Shown: piece after piece, positions 1-9,124 of the stretch
How the letters are laid out: every line of letters begins with the position of its first letter
How positions within the stretch are numbered: position 1 is the first letter of the stretch
From: Spirochaetia bacterium
Lineage (GTDB): Bacteria > Spirochaetota > Spirochaetia > CADAEX01
Length of the DNA stretch: 64,000 nt
Direction: 5' to 3'
Assembly: GCA_045606105.1 (NCBI GenBank)
Contig: JAZURI010000001.1
Location: 1-64,000 of the forward strand
Program-made: the position numbers and the translations under genes
Notes under the pieces: generated by a model
The model's input: only the letters and a program-made list of their open reading frames with translations
Databases searched by the model: none
What the model was told of the DNA's origin: nothing

Positions 1-858
1 TGATCTAAAGTCCAAGTAATATAACTCATCTTTAAGTCTGTTTATTATAACAGACTCATTAAGATTACACAGTTTTAATTGTACATATTCTCTAGATAAC
101 TTGACACCTTCATCTCTCAAAGAAATAAAGTTTTTTTTACAAAACATATTATAATCTATTTCATAAGTATCAGCGTTAATGCAATTACAAATCTCTTCAG
201 CAATTGCATTTAATTGTAAAAATGAAATAATATAAGGCTTTTTGTTCTGAACTGATTCCAATATAAGAGTGTTTATTTTATCCAAAAAGTTTCTAATTCT
301 TCTTTCATACAATTTTTTATCACCATCATAATGAAAGAGCTTCTTATAATTCTCAAATATTTGTAAATCACAATCATAATTGGAAAGAAGTTTGTATCGT
401 TCTCTAATATAGTTAACCTTTCTTAAAAACAAATCCTTTTTGTTATTTTCTTTATATTCATTGTATACTCTTGTTGATAATGAAAGTCCTTGTGTTTTTT
501 CAATCGAGTTATACAGTTCATCAATATCTTTTTTATTTATAATGGAATCATCACAAGCATACCCGTTAGAAACAATTAAACAATAGTTTTCCGCATCATC
601 AGAAAGAATCCAATTATACAACACTTTTTTTGCGACAGCTTCATCAACATTTGTCTTTTTTACTTGATACAGGTTATTACCACTTTTGTTACTTTCCAGA
701 TAATAATTTGATTCAATATCATCAAGAACAGAAACATCATCAAGATATTCATATCCGATACTTTGACCTTCAGAAATATTTGCAAGTAGCGAAACAAAAG
801 TTTTAATTTGATAATAGAAACCGAACAAAGATTCTATTCCTGGATTATAATCAGTCAT
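1..858 (-). CDS. Cap4-like/LmuA-like dsDNA endonuclease effector (putative ABC-three-component/Lamassu type); 3' end truncated by window edge
   Basis: Absent from the ORF track. Translated by hand from ATG at 858, open to position 1: MTDYNPGIESLFGFYYQIK...GYEYLDD...LYQVKK...SREYVQLKLCNL. GFxYQ, ExxDD and QVK match the Cap4/Mrr-like nuclease pattern. Confidence 0.7.
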   Translation of the reverse strand, partial: MTDYNPGIESLFGFYYQIKTFVSLLANISEGQSIGYEYLDDVSVLDDIESNYYLESNKSGNNLYQVKKTNVDEAVAKKVLYNWILSDDAENYCLIVSNGYACDDSIINKKDIDELYNSIEKTQGLSLSTRVYNEYKENNKKDLFLRKVNYIRERYKLLSNYDCDLQIFENYKKLFHYDGDKKLYERRIRNFLDKINTLILESVQNKKPYIISFLQLNAIAEEICNCINADTYEIDYNMFCKKNFISLRDEGVKLSREYVQLKLCNLNESVIINRLKDELYYLDFRS

Positions 859-891
859 CCTCTACCTTCCTTCCACAATGGCAATTTTTTC
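854..891 (-). repeat. Direct repeat copy 1 (38 bp): gene end EKIAIVEGR* + AGG + ATG AC
   Basis: 32/38 identical to 1520..1557 by hand alignment. Confidence 0.9.
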
Positions 892-1524
892 TTTTGCCAG
901 CTTTTTTAATAAATTATCTACATCAAAAACATTGCTACTTTGAACAGCGTGAATTGATTCATCAAAAATAAGTGATATTTTGTTGCAAAGATCACTCGCA
1001 ACTTGAAGAAGCTTTTTCATATCATTAAATGATAATGGAAAGTCCTTTTGGAGTTTTCCGTTATTGTCTTTATATGCTTCATCCAAATGTGCATAAAACT
1101 TGTTACGCTGGTTTCTTAAGTTATCTCTTTCTTTAGAAACACTTTTTAATAATTGTCGACAATCATTAAGTTCACTAAAAATATCAATCGAAATTGTTTT
1201 TTCTAGTACATATTTGTCTGTATCGCAATCTATATATCCAACATCACGACTTGTTTTAAATAATGAAGTATTTTGTCGAGATATTTCTATCAATTTAAAT
1301 AAACTTGTTGAACTATTTTTATCAAAAAGCTTTGCTGTTTCAATAAAAACAGTATGCAATAAAGATGAATATGTCAGCTGAAAAAATGCTGGGGCAAAAT
1401 TCATTTCTGCTAAGTATTTTGCCTTGGATTCAATAAGATGCTTATACAATTCAAAGCAATCGTTTGTGTAAGTTATGCGAAAAAAATATTGGTCTAACAA
1501 AATCTTAAAAGATTCTTTTGTCAT
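862..1524 (-). CDS. HEPN domain protein (AbiU2-like), predicted RNase
   Basis: Rx4H motif RNKFYAH in an apparently all-helical 220-aa protein; defence-operon context. Confidence 0.8.
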   Translation of the reverse strand: MTKESFKILLDQYFFRITYTNDCFELYKHLIESKAKYLAEMNFAPAFFQLTYSSLLHTVFIETAKLFDKNSSTSLFKLIEISRQNTSLFKTSRDVGYIDCDTDKYVLEKTISIDIFSELNDCRQLLKSVSKERDNLRNQRNKFYAHLDEAYKDNNGKLQKDFPLSFNDMKKLLQVASDLCNKISLIFDESIHAVQSSNVFDVDNLLKKLAKEKIAIVEGR

Positions 1525-1557
1525 CCTCTACCTCCCCTCCACAACAGCAATCTCTTC
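1520..1557 (-). repeat. Direct repeat copy 2 (38 bp): gene end EEIAVVEGR* + AGG + ATG AC
   Basis: 32/38 identical to 854..891; copies are 666 bp apart. Confidence 0.9.
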
Positions 1558-4500
1558 ATCTGTAAGTCCATACAACTGATACACAAGGCGGTCTATTTCT
1601 GCTTCTTCTTTGCTTGTGTCTGCCTGCGGATTGGCTTTTTTTGAGGCGAGGATTTTATCCACCAAAGCGATGATGGGCTTTTGCTGAGCGGATGTGGCAG
1701 ATGGGATTGGAATGTTACGGATATGTTCTGGGTAAATGTGATAATCTCCGCCACGCAAGTTCGTAAGTAAAACGGAAGCATACTTCGAGTTCATCACGCA
1801 GAGCAAATAGCGCAAGTCTACAGTTTCAGAAAGTTTTTCCATTTCATCGCGGCTCATCGTGCTGAACTTCTTAATAGAAGAAGCAATGCTCTTATTTTCA
1901 ACGCCGTGCAAGTCTTTCCAAAGAATTCCACAATAGATTGAATGATTATGCAAAAAATGAACATCAAAATCTACTGTAGAATTTATTGTTCCAAGACAAT
2001 TCATAACAAGTTTTGGAGCATCGTATAATTCTCTAAATGTAGGGCGACGAATCTTATTGGGAACTCTTTTAGTATTATATTCCAAATATCGAATACGATT
2101 GATTTTATATTTTCCAACATCTTTTGCTTCAATGTATTCTCGACAATGGATTTCATCTTTACTTTTACTAATTAAGTCTTCTTTTGAGAATTCTCCTTTT
2201 GCAACTTTTTCATCAGCATTCAAAACCATTCCAACACTTATATAGCAATAATCGCCCAAGACGTGCATATCTGAGTGGCGGTTCGTTTCTCGCTTTTCCT
2301 GCGTTACGTTCCAAACCAGAGATTTTTCATCTTGAATTAAATCAGATATATTTTGTTCAAAAACACGTTGTATTTCCTTATTTTCAAAAATGTTGCTTAT
2401 CCAAGTTTTTTGTGTTCTATCTCCTTTTCTTACGAAAGGAATACAGTTTGAAACAGTTGCATTGTCAAAGATTTTTGTTCCGTTTAAATCTACTAATTCA
2501 TACATATTATTTTCTTCTACCAATATTTTGCGAAGAGATTTTGCATAAAGTTGATTTGTCAAAGGATAAGGTACAATCATTGAACAAATTCCGCTTTGTT
2601 TTAATCGTTGCAGACCAAATTCAATGAACACAATATAAATATCCCATTTTTGATATAAGGATTTGAATTTATTTGAATCAATTAATTTTTGTCTTTGTGC
2701 ATTCATTCCTTTATCTGCAATTTGAGCAGGTGCCGAGATATACGGCGGATTACCAATTACAATATCAAACCCATCCTTTATTCCAAACATCCATTCAGCA
2801 TCAAAGAATTCTGCACTTCGGTTCTTGTCGTAAGGATCCCATGTTGAAATCAGTTTAGCATTTTCTTTTCCGAATCCAAGTTTAAGCAATTCTTGTTCAA
2901 GTTCAGCTCTTATTCGTTTATCTTTCTGGCGAAGTTCGAACTTATGTTTAGGTGTTTTTGCCTTAAACAAATCATGGCGGACCTTTTGTAAAGTAAGCAT
3001 TAATTCATCAATTTCTTTAGAACTTAAATAAGCCTGCTGTTCATCAAGACCAATCAAACTGTTTGCAGTAACAAATCTATTCTCCAAGTTTGGTAACGGA
3101 CGCACGCCAAAGTTAGGTTTAGTTGAATCAACTTTCTGGTCAACAATAAGAGAAATAAAGAATCTAAGGCGGCTGATCTGTGTCGCAATCGGTTGAATAT
3201 CAATACCATGAATACAGTTTTCAATAAGATATAATTTTCTTGCATAATCCAATTCATTATCATCAAAAACTGTTAAAAGTTCTTTTTGAAGCTCATTCTT
3301 TTCTTTTGGAGTAAGCATTGTATCGTTCGAGATTTTTTGTATTTGAATCTGCTTCCAATTATCATTTTGAGGATCTAGTTTATGAATAACATAAACTATT
3401 TTCTGCAAAATACCCATAGGGAATGCACCGGAACCACAGGCAGGATCTAGAATTTTACATTCGTCAATGTAACGCAAAATTTGGAAACATTCTTCTGATG
3501 TAAACTCAGGCTCGGTTTCGTTATAGGCAATGAGATTGTTGAGTTTTGAATCCAGGGTGTTTTCGAGTTCTTCTACAGCTTTTGTTTTTTCTTCTAATGT
3601 TCCCTTAGAAAGTGCAGAATCTTTTATCTTTGTTTTTAAGTAAGCTTTTAAACTTTCATCAACCATGTATTCTACAATTGGTCGCGGAGTATAAAAACTA
3701 CCAGTCTGTTTACGGGCATTAGTTTTGGTTTCAGGGTTATAAGAAGCAAGAAGGTTTTCAAATACACGTCCTAAAAGTTCCGGGTCAAGTGCAATATCTT
3801 CTTCAACAGGAGTGTTTTCTGCAATTGTAAATTTGTATTTTTGAAGGATATTGATAATTCCGTTTACTGTAACATCTTTTTTCTTTTTATCATCGTATTC
3901 TGTACTAAGGTCAACCTTAACGTCTTTTCCAAAGAAAACATAATCAGGAACAAATAGTTCATTATCTTTACGGTCGCTAAAACCATCTTCATAATTTATT
4001 ATTGCTCCGCCTTTTTTACCTTTTTTTTCATCATCCTGATGGTCAAGACATTCAAAAAGACCGCCATTCATAAATGGCACTTTTGATTCTATTAATTCAA
4101 CAAAATTATCTGGATTGTTATGAAACCTCTGATATCTCATAAGACTTGTAGCATTTTGATTTTGACCATCAAGTCTAAAGGCTCGCTTTCCCCGTTCTGC
4201 ATTAAGACTTGCAAAGAAAAGATTTTGAAGAATTGCTTTATAATAAATACTTTTATTCTCTTTATCTATTGCATCGGAAGAATAATATTTATCTGGTTCA
4301 AAAGAAGTAATTAAATTATTTATTACTTTTTCATCAAATAATTCCTCTGGAATTAATTCTTTTTCTTTTATAAACCAAACAAATAAAAGTCGAGTTAAAA
4401 GTCGGATAAGATTTTTTGCATTATGTTCACGAAGTTTATCTTCTTTTGTAAAGAGAGTACCACGGGCAGCTTCCATTTCATAGCCGGGATAAACAACAGT

Positions 4501-5226
4501 TTTAATTGCCCAGAAATACCAGTTAGAAAGTTCAGTGTAAAAGCGTTTATTGAGGGTCTGTGTATCAAGAACTTGGCACCATGCTTTATGAAGTGTTTCA
4601 AAGTTGTAGATTGTATATTCTGCATTCAATTGTGCAAAACTCATATCAAAAAGAATTTCAATATGAGCGCGGTGAGGTTTTTCAAAAAAAATATCTTTAA
4701 TCAAAGTTACTTTTTCTAAAACATCTCTCTCATTGTCTCTTTTATTTACACGGCGATTAATAACTGAAAGAGTTAGTAATTTTGCATATTTAAAAATAAT
4801 TATAATTGGTATCGAGAATAATTTATTTATTTCTCGCGTAATGCCGGCAATTTGTGTCTTTGAGTATTCATTTTTCTTTAATTCAATGGCAAAGCATAGG
4901 TACGATTGAATATCAGTAGGATTTATGCTTTTTTTGAATAAAGATTTTGTTCCATTAAAAGAATCATTTGTAAGTTGAAAAAGAATGTCTATTGATTTCC
5001 AATCAGAAACAAGTGTTTTTTCTTCGCTAAATCTATCGGCAGAAGGAGATGAATCAATATAATTTTCTTTAAACTCCGTATATGTTTTTTTATCTAATGG
5101 AGCTTGTAAACTTGTATCATAACCAAGTACTGAAAAAAGATTTATTCCGGCATTTGTTATATCGTCGTTAGCAAATAACTTGATTGCTTCCTGAATATCT
5201 AATTTTTCAGCAGTATTTTTTGCCAT
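1528..5226 (-). CDS. Large N6-adenine DNA methyltransferase with C-terminal TRD (Eco57I/Type IIG-like)
   Basis: GSFYTP, motif I DPACGSGAF, motif IV GNPPY and a typical IIG C-terminus IDRLVYQLYGLT. Start is probably ATG 5226 (alternative 5235) rather than 5256. Confidence 0.9.
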   Translation of the reverse strand: MAKNTAEKLDIQEAIKLFANDDITNAGINLFSVLGYDTSLQAPLDKKTYTEFKENYIDSSPSADRFSEEKTLVSDWKSIDILFQLTNDSFNGTKSLFKKSINPTDIQSYLCFAIELKKNEYSKTQIAGITREINKLFSIPIIIIFKYAKLLTLSVINRRVNKRDNERDVLEKVTLIKDIFFEKPHRAHIEILFDMSFAQLNAEYTIYNFETLHKAWCQVLDTQTLNKRFYTELSNWYFWAIKTVVYPGYEMEAARGTLFTKEDKLREHNAKNLIRLLTRLLFVWFIKEKELIPEELFDEKVINNLITSFEPDKYYSSDAIDKENKSIYYKAILQNLFFASLNAERGKRAFRLDGQNQNATSLMRYQRFHNNPDNFVELIESKVPFMNGGLFECLDHQDDEKKGKKGGAIINYEDGFSDRKDNELFVPDYVFFGKDVKVDLSTEYDDKKKKDVTVNGIINILQKYKFTIAENTPVEEDIALDPELLGRVFENLLASYNPETKTNARKQTGSFYTPRPIVEYMVDESLKAYLKTKIKDSALSKGTLEEKTKAVEELENTLDSKLNNLIAYNETEPEFTSEECFQILRYIDECKILDPACGSGAFPMGILQKIVYVIHKLDPQNDNWKQIQIQKISNDTMLTPKEKNELQKELLTVFDDNELDYARKLYLIENCIHGIDIQPIATQISRLRFFISLIVDQKVDSTKPNFGVRPLPNLENRFVTANSLIGLDEQQAYLSSKEIDELMLTLQKVRHDLFKAKTPKHKFELRQKDKRIRAELEQELLKLGFGKENAKLISTWDPYDKNRSAEFFDAEWMFGIKDGFDIVIGNPPYISAPAQIADKGMNAQRQKLIDSNKFKSLYQKWDIYIVFIEFGLQRLKQSGICSMIVPYPLTNQLYAKSLRKILVEENNMYELVDLNGTKIFDNATVSNCIPFVRKGDRTQKTWISNIFENKEIQRVFEQNISDLIQDEKSLVWNVTQEKRETNRHSDMHVLGDYCYISVGMVLNADEKVAKGEFSKEDLISKSKDEIHCREYIEAKDVGKYKINRIRYLEYNTKRVPNKIRRPTFRELYDAPKLVMNCLGTINSTVDFDVHFLHNHSIYCGILWKDLHGVENKSIASSIKKFSTMSRDEMEKLSETVDLRYLLCVMNSKYASVLLTNLRGGDYHIYPEHIRNIPIPSATSAQQKPIIALVDKILASKKANPQADTSKEEAEIDRLVYQLYGLTDEEIAVVEGR

Positions 5227-5237
5227 ATTATTCATCC

Positions 5238-8200
5238 TTATTTGATAATTAACCAAGTTACAAGTTCAAAATCATTTACATTTGAAACTTGTTTATTTTT
5301 ATTTATTAGAACTGCGTTTCTACTTGTAGTAAGTTTCATTGCACTTCGTTTCTTAAAGCTTGTCATTATTTCTGCCACAGCCTTTTCCAGTGAATCTGTA
5401 TATTTTGTCATGTCAGAGCCGTTGTTTGTTTCTGTGTTGAAAAGTTCGCAGAGTTTATCATACGGAACATTTTCACCAGAACACAAAAGTCTGTATATTT
5501 CCAAAATAGATTTTGCACTGGTAAAGTTAAAAATCTTTGAGCCATCTTCATAAATGTAAACTAAGAAGTAAGGATTTAACGGATTAATTTTTTCACATTC
5601 TTCGTTTTCATTTTTCTGGCGAAGACAGAAAATAATTCCGGGTTTTATGATTTTTTTTGCAGTTTCATCGATTTGCTTTTTATGTGGCTGTACGATATTC
5701 TCTGGAGAAGGAACTATTGCATAAATTCCGTCTGGAGAATTCTTTACTTTAGCTTCATTCAGTTTAAGGAAGTTAATAAGTTCAATCCTAAAATCATCCA
5801 AAGTAAAATCAGTCAAAGAAATTGAGTCTATCATGTCTTCCAAATCTAGAACTTCATCTTTAAGACGTTTAAGTTGTTGATCACGATATTTTAAGTCTTC
5901 CTCGATTAGTTCTTTTGTTTCAGAATTGGCAAGAATGTTATCTTCATTGGTTGCAGTAAGGTCTACCAACGCCATTCTACTTTCAACACGAGTTTTAAGG
6001 TTTATATAATTATCTAAATCTTGTGTTGGCCAGAAGTTTACAAGCTGAATACATTTATTTGTACTTCCTAAACGGTCAATTCGTCCAAAGCGCTGAATAA
6101 TTCGAACAGGATTCCAGTGAATATCATAGTTAATAAGATAGTCTCCATCCTGTAAGTTCTGACCTTCGGAAATACAATCTGTAGCAATAAGAATATCAAG
6201 TTCTTTTGATTTTTCTTCTACACTAAGATTCAATTCATCGCGATGCTTTGCTTTTGGTGCAAAGTTTGTAAGAATCATACTAAAATCTGTTCTTCCCCAT
6301 GTTGATGTACTTTTTGAACCACAGACAAGGCCGGTCTCTAGATTAAATTCATTTTTTGCCCATTGATGGATTGCTTTATAAAGATATTCCGCAGTATCAG
6401 AAAAAGCTGTAAAAATTACGATTTTCTTGTTGTTTTTATTAATCGGTTTTTCTGTTTTTTCTTTGATGAGATGCTTCAGCTCTTTTAATTTAGAATCCCT
6501 ATCTACGGAAACTTGATTTGCACTGCTGTACAAAATCTTAAAGGCATCTTTATCACTTTTTAGATCTTCAAGCCATCTGTCAAGTTCAAGGTCTTGTAGT
6601 TTAAATTTTAATTTTCTACCAACTTCCAGATTTTGTTCATTTTCCCAATCATCTAAATCATTTTCTATAATTTCGATATTCTCAAAATTTTGTTCAACTT
6701 CGTATGATGAGGTGTTCTCTTTTTTAGCTTCTAATTCTTTGAATACAGCAATTTTCTGTTCAATTTCAGAAATTTTATCTATCGTTCTCTTAATTGAAAG
6801 TGAAAATGAATGAATAGAACTTTCTAGTCTTTTCAGGTAGCCGATTTTCATCATACCAATCAAAGATTTTTCACGGTCTGCCTGAATGAATGCTTCAACC
6901 GAAGAACCTGCTTCTGTTGCATATTCTGCTTTTTTGTCTTCTTTTAAATATAAAGAAGGTGAAAAAAGTGCAAGTTTATATTTTGAAATCTGTTCATCAA
7001 TTGCTGCATAACTTGGGAACATGTCTTCTGTATCAATACTTGAATAAACTGGGATAGGCTTTTTTCTTTCAGGAAATTTTCCCACATCAGCTTCGTTGTA
7101 AAATTTTATGATATGTTTTCTAGAACGTGCAATTGTTAATTCATCAAGTAGTTTGAAGAATGAGGAATCTAGTTTTTCAAGTAATTGTTTTGTTGTTCTA
7201 TCTGGATTTTTTTTAGGGTCTGCCCAATTAGTGAACTGTTTTTGTGCTGTTTCAAGAGTTTTACTTATGTCAGTGATTCCAGTTGTTTCAAGAAGTGCAC
7301 TCTGATTTCCTTCTGTAATAAGATTAATCTGATTACGTAAATCCTTAAGAGTGTTGTTAACGGGAGTTGCAGAAAGCATAAGTACTTTTGTCTTGCTCCC
7401 GGATTTGATGATTTTTTCCATGAGCCATTTTGCACGGTTCATGTATCGTTCCCCTTTATAGTTTTCTTTATCCATAGGGTTGCCTTTAAAGTTATGACTT
7501 TCATCAATAACAACAAGGTCGTATGCACTCCAGTTGAAAGTTGAAAAATCGTGACCATCTGCACCAGATTTACCAGTTTCACGTCCCATATCAGTATGAT
7601 ATAAAATGTTATACTGAAAACGGTCTTTTGCAAGAATATTCAAAGTGCTGTTTTTACTTGCCTGGTATACGGTCCAGTTGTCGCTTAGTTTTTTAGGACA
7701 AAGAACTAGAACGCGATAATTGCGAAGTTCAAAATATTTAATAACAGCGAGAGCTTCAAATGTTTTTCCAAGACCAACAGAATCTGCAATAATACATCCA
7801 TTATGTTTTAATAGTTTATTGATTGCACCTTTTACACCATCTTTCTGGAATTCATAAAGTTTGTTCCAAACAACAGTATCCCTGAAAGCAGTTTCATCAA
7901 AAAGTTTATTATCTTTTTGTTCGTCTAAATAATCCTTAAAAATACTATATAGAGTTTTAAAATATACAAGTTCTGGCTCATTTTCTTTATAGAGAAGTTC
8001 AAGATACTTTAAGACTTCTTCTTTTACATCCTGTACAAGGCCTGTAGTATCATTCCAAATAGAATCAAACCAGCCTTTCATTTCATCTTTTTGCCTATCA
8101 CTGTCTACAATAAGGTTTAGTTCAATATTGTTGGCTTCTTTTTTTAGACCAAGACCACTTGTTGTAAAATTTGAACTTCCTGATATAGCTTTTGGATATC

Positions 8201-8588
8201 CTTTTGCATCCAAATCAGTGTAATACATTTTTCCATGAAGAAAATTGGGTTTTACAATTGATTTAATTTCAACCTTATTTTTAATCCATTCTGCACATTT
8301 TGATGCAATTCTTCTTTGTCCAAATTTTTCTGTTGGAGAAATTATAATAGAATCATCTTCAATTTTATAATTACGAACATTAGAGTTGATTGTATTTACA
8401 AATGTTGGTTCTCCAAAAAGAAACTTCATATTTTTGATAGAATCTAACTGTTCATGAAGCCCATAGTACGCAAAAATAGTAAAGTAAGCTGAAACAAGAG
8501 ATAATTCTGATCCTTCTCTTATTACATCTTTTAAGAATTCTCCTACACTACCATAATTTTTATTATCTTTGATTAATGTATCTGCCAT
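5238..8588 (-). CDS. SNF2-family helicase with N-terminal PLD (HKD) nuclease domain
   Basis: LHGKMYYTD and GSSNFT (PLD); ADSVGLGKT, DESH, SATP, SEGQNLQ, QRFGRIDRLG (SF2/SNF2). ATG at 8588. Confidence 0.9.
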   Translation of the reverse strand: MADTLIKDNKNYGSVGEFLKDVIREGSELSLVSAYFTIFAYYGLHEQLDSIKNMKFLFGEPTFVNTINSNVRNYKIEDDSIIISPTEKFGQRRIASKCAEWIKNKVEIKSIVKPNFLHGKMYYTDLDAKGYPKAISGSSNFTTSGLGLKKEANNIELNLIVDSDRQKDEMKGWFDSIWNDTTGLVQDVKEEVLKYLELLYKENEPELVYFKTLYSIFKDYLDEQKDNKLFDETAFRDTVVWNKLYEFQKDGVKGAINKLLKHNGCIIADSVGLGKTFEALAVIKYFELRNYRVLVLCPKKLSDNWTVYQASKNSTLNILAKDRFQYNILYHTDMGRETGKSGADGHDFSTFNWSAYDLVVIDESHNFKGNPMDKENYKGERYMNRAKWLMEKIIKSGSKTKVLMLSATPVNNTLKDLRNQINLITEGNQSALLETTGITDISKTLETAQKQFTNWADPKKNPDRTTKQLLEKLDSSFFKLLDELTIARSRKHIIKFYNEADVGKFPERKKPIPVYSSIDTEDMFPSYAAIDEQISKYKLALFSPSLYLKEDKKAEYATEAGSSVEAFIQADREKSLIGMMKIGYLKRLESSIHSFSLSIKRTIDKISEIEQKIAVFKELEAKKENTSSYEVEQNFENIEIIENDLDDWENEQNLEVGRKLKFKLQDLELDRWLEDLKSDKDAFKILYSSANQVSVDRDSKLKELKHLIKEKTEKPINKNNKKIVIFTAFSDTAEYLYKAIHQWAKNEFNLETGLVCGSKSTSTWGRTDFSMILTNFAPKAKHRDELNLSVEEKSKELDILIATDCISEGQNLQDGDYLINYDIHWNPVRIIQRFGRIDRLGSTNKCIQLVNFWPTQDLDNYINLKTRVESRMALVDLTATNEDNILANSETKELIEEDLKYRDQQLKRLKDEVLDLEDMIDSISLTDFTLDDFRIELINFLKLNEAKVKNSPDGIYAIVPSPENIVQPHKKQIDETAKKIIKPGIIFCLRQKNENEECEKINPLNPYFLVYIYEDGSKIFNFTSAKSILEIYRLLCSGENVPYDKLCELFNTETNNGSDMTKYTDSLEKAVAEIMTSFKKRSAMKLTTSRNAVLINKNKQVSNVNDFELVTWLIIK

Positions 8589-8645
8589 TATTTTCCCCAA
8601 TTAAATTTATACTCATTCCTATCTTGTCTTAAATAAATTATTAAA

Positions 8646-8900
8646 TTACCATTTTGTAATTTTAACAGTTTTTTTATCTTCACAAATCTCTCTTCTATTC
8701 ACCACGCAAATATCTCCAACATCACAATCCAAAGCTTTACAAACTTTTTGTATGCTTTCCATAGAGACAAACTCTCCTTTGTTCATTTTAGCAAGTATAT
8801 TTGTTGATATTCCTGCAAGTGGTATTAAATCTGTTTTCTTCTTAATATCTTTATCAATAAGAAGTTTCCATAATTTTTTATAATCTACTTGTTCTTCCAT
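8646..8900 (-). CDS. Cro/C1-type (XRE) HTH transcriptional regulator
   Basis: YKKLWKLLID...AGISTNILAKMNKGEFVSMESIQKVCKALDCDVGDI. Likely start ATG 8900. Confidence 0.85.
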   Translation of the reverse strand: MEEQVDYKKLWKLLIDKDIKKKTDLIPLAGISTNILAKMNKGEFVSMESIQKVCKALDCDVGDICVVNRREICEDKKTVKITKW

Positions 8901-9124
8901 GACACAAAAAATTATATCATGAAACTTTTTTTTATATAATAAATATTGATTAAACGTGATATTTTTTCTTACGTGAAAGTATACCACTTAATAATCGGCT
9001 CCCAATAATTGAAAATGATTCTTGTCATTTTAATGGAATGTTTTTTGTGAAAAGACTTACTTTACAGGCGACTTTGACACAACCTGGGAGCAGGTATGTG
9101 CAGGCTGCGGCGGACTGCTGGATT

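Noticed and set aside
1528-8588. Labelling the locus DISARM or BREX
   Set aside because: No drmA/drmB, pglZ or brxC/brxL is visible in the window; only the SNF2, PLD and MTase components are shared.
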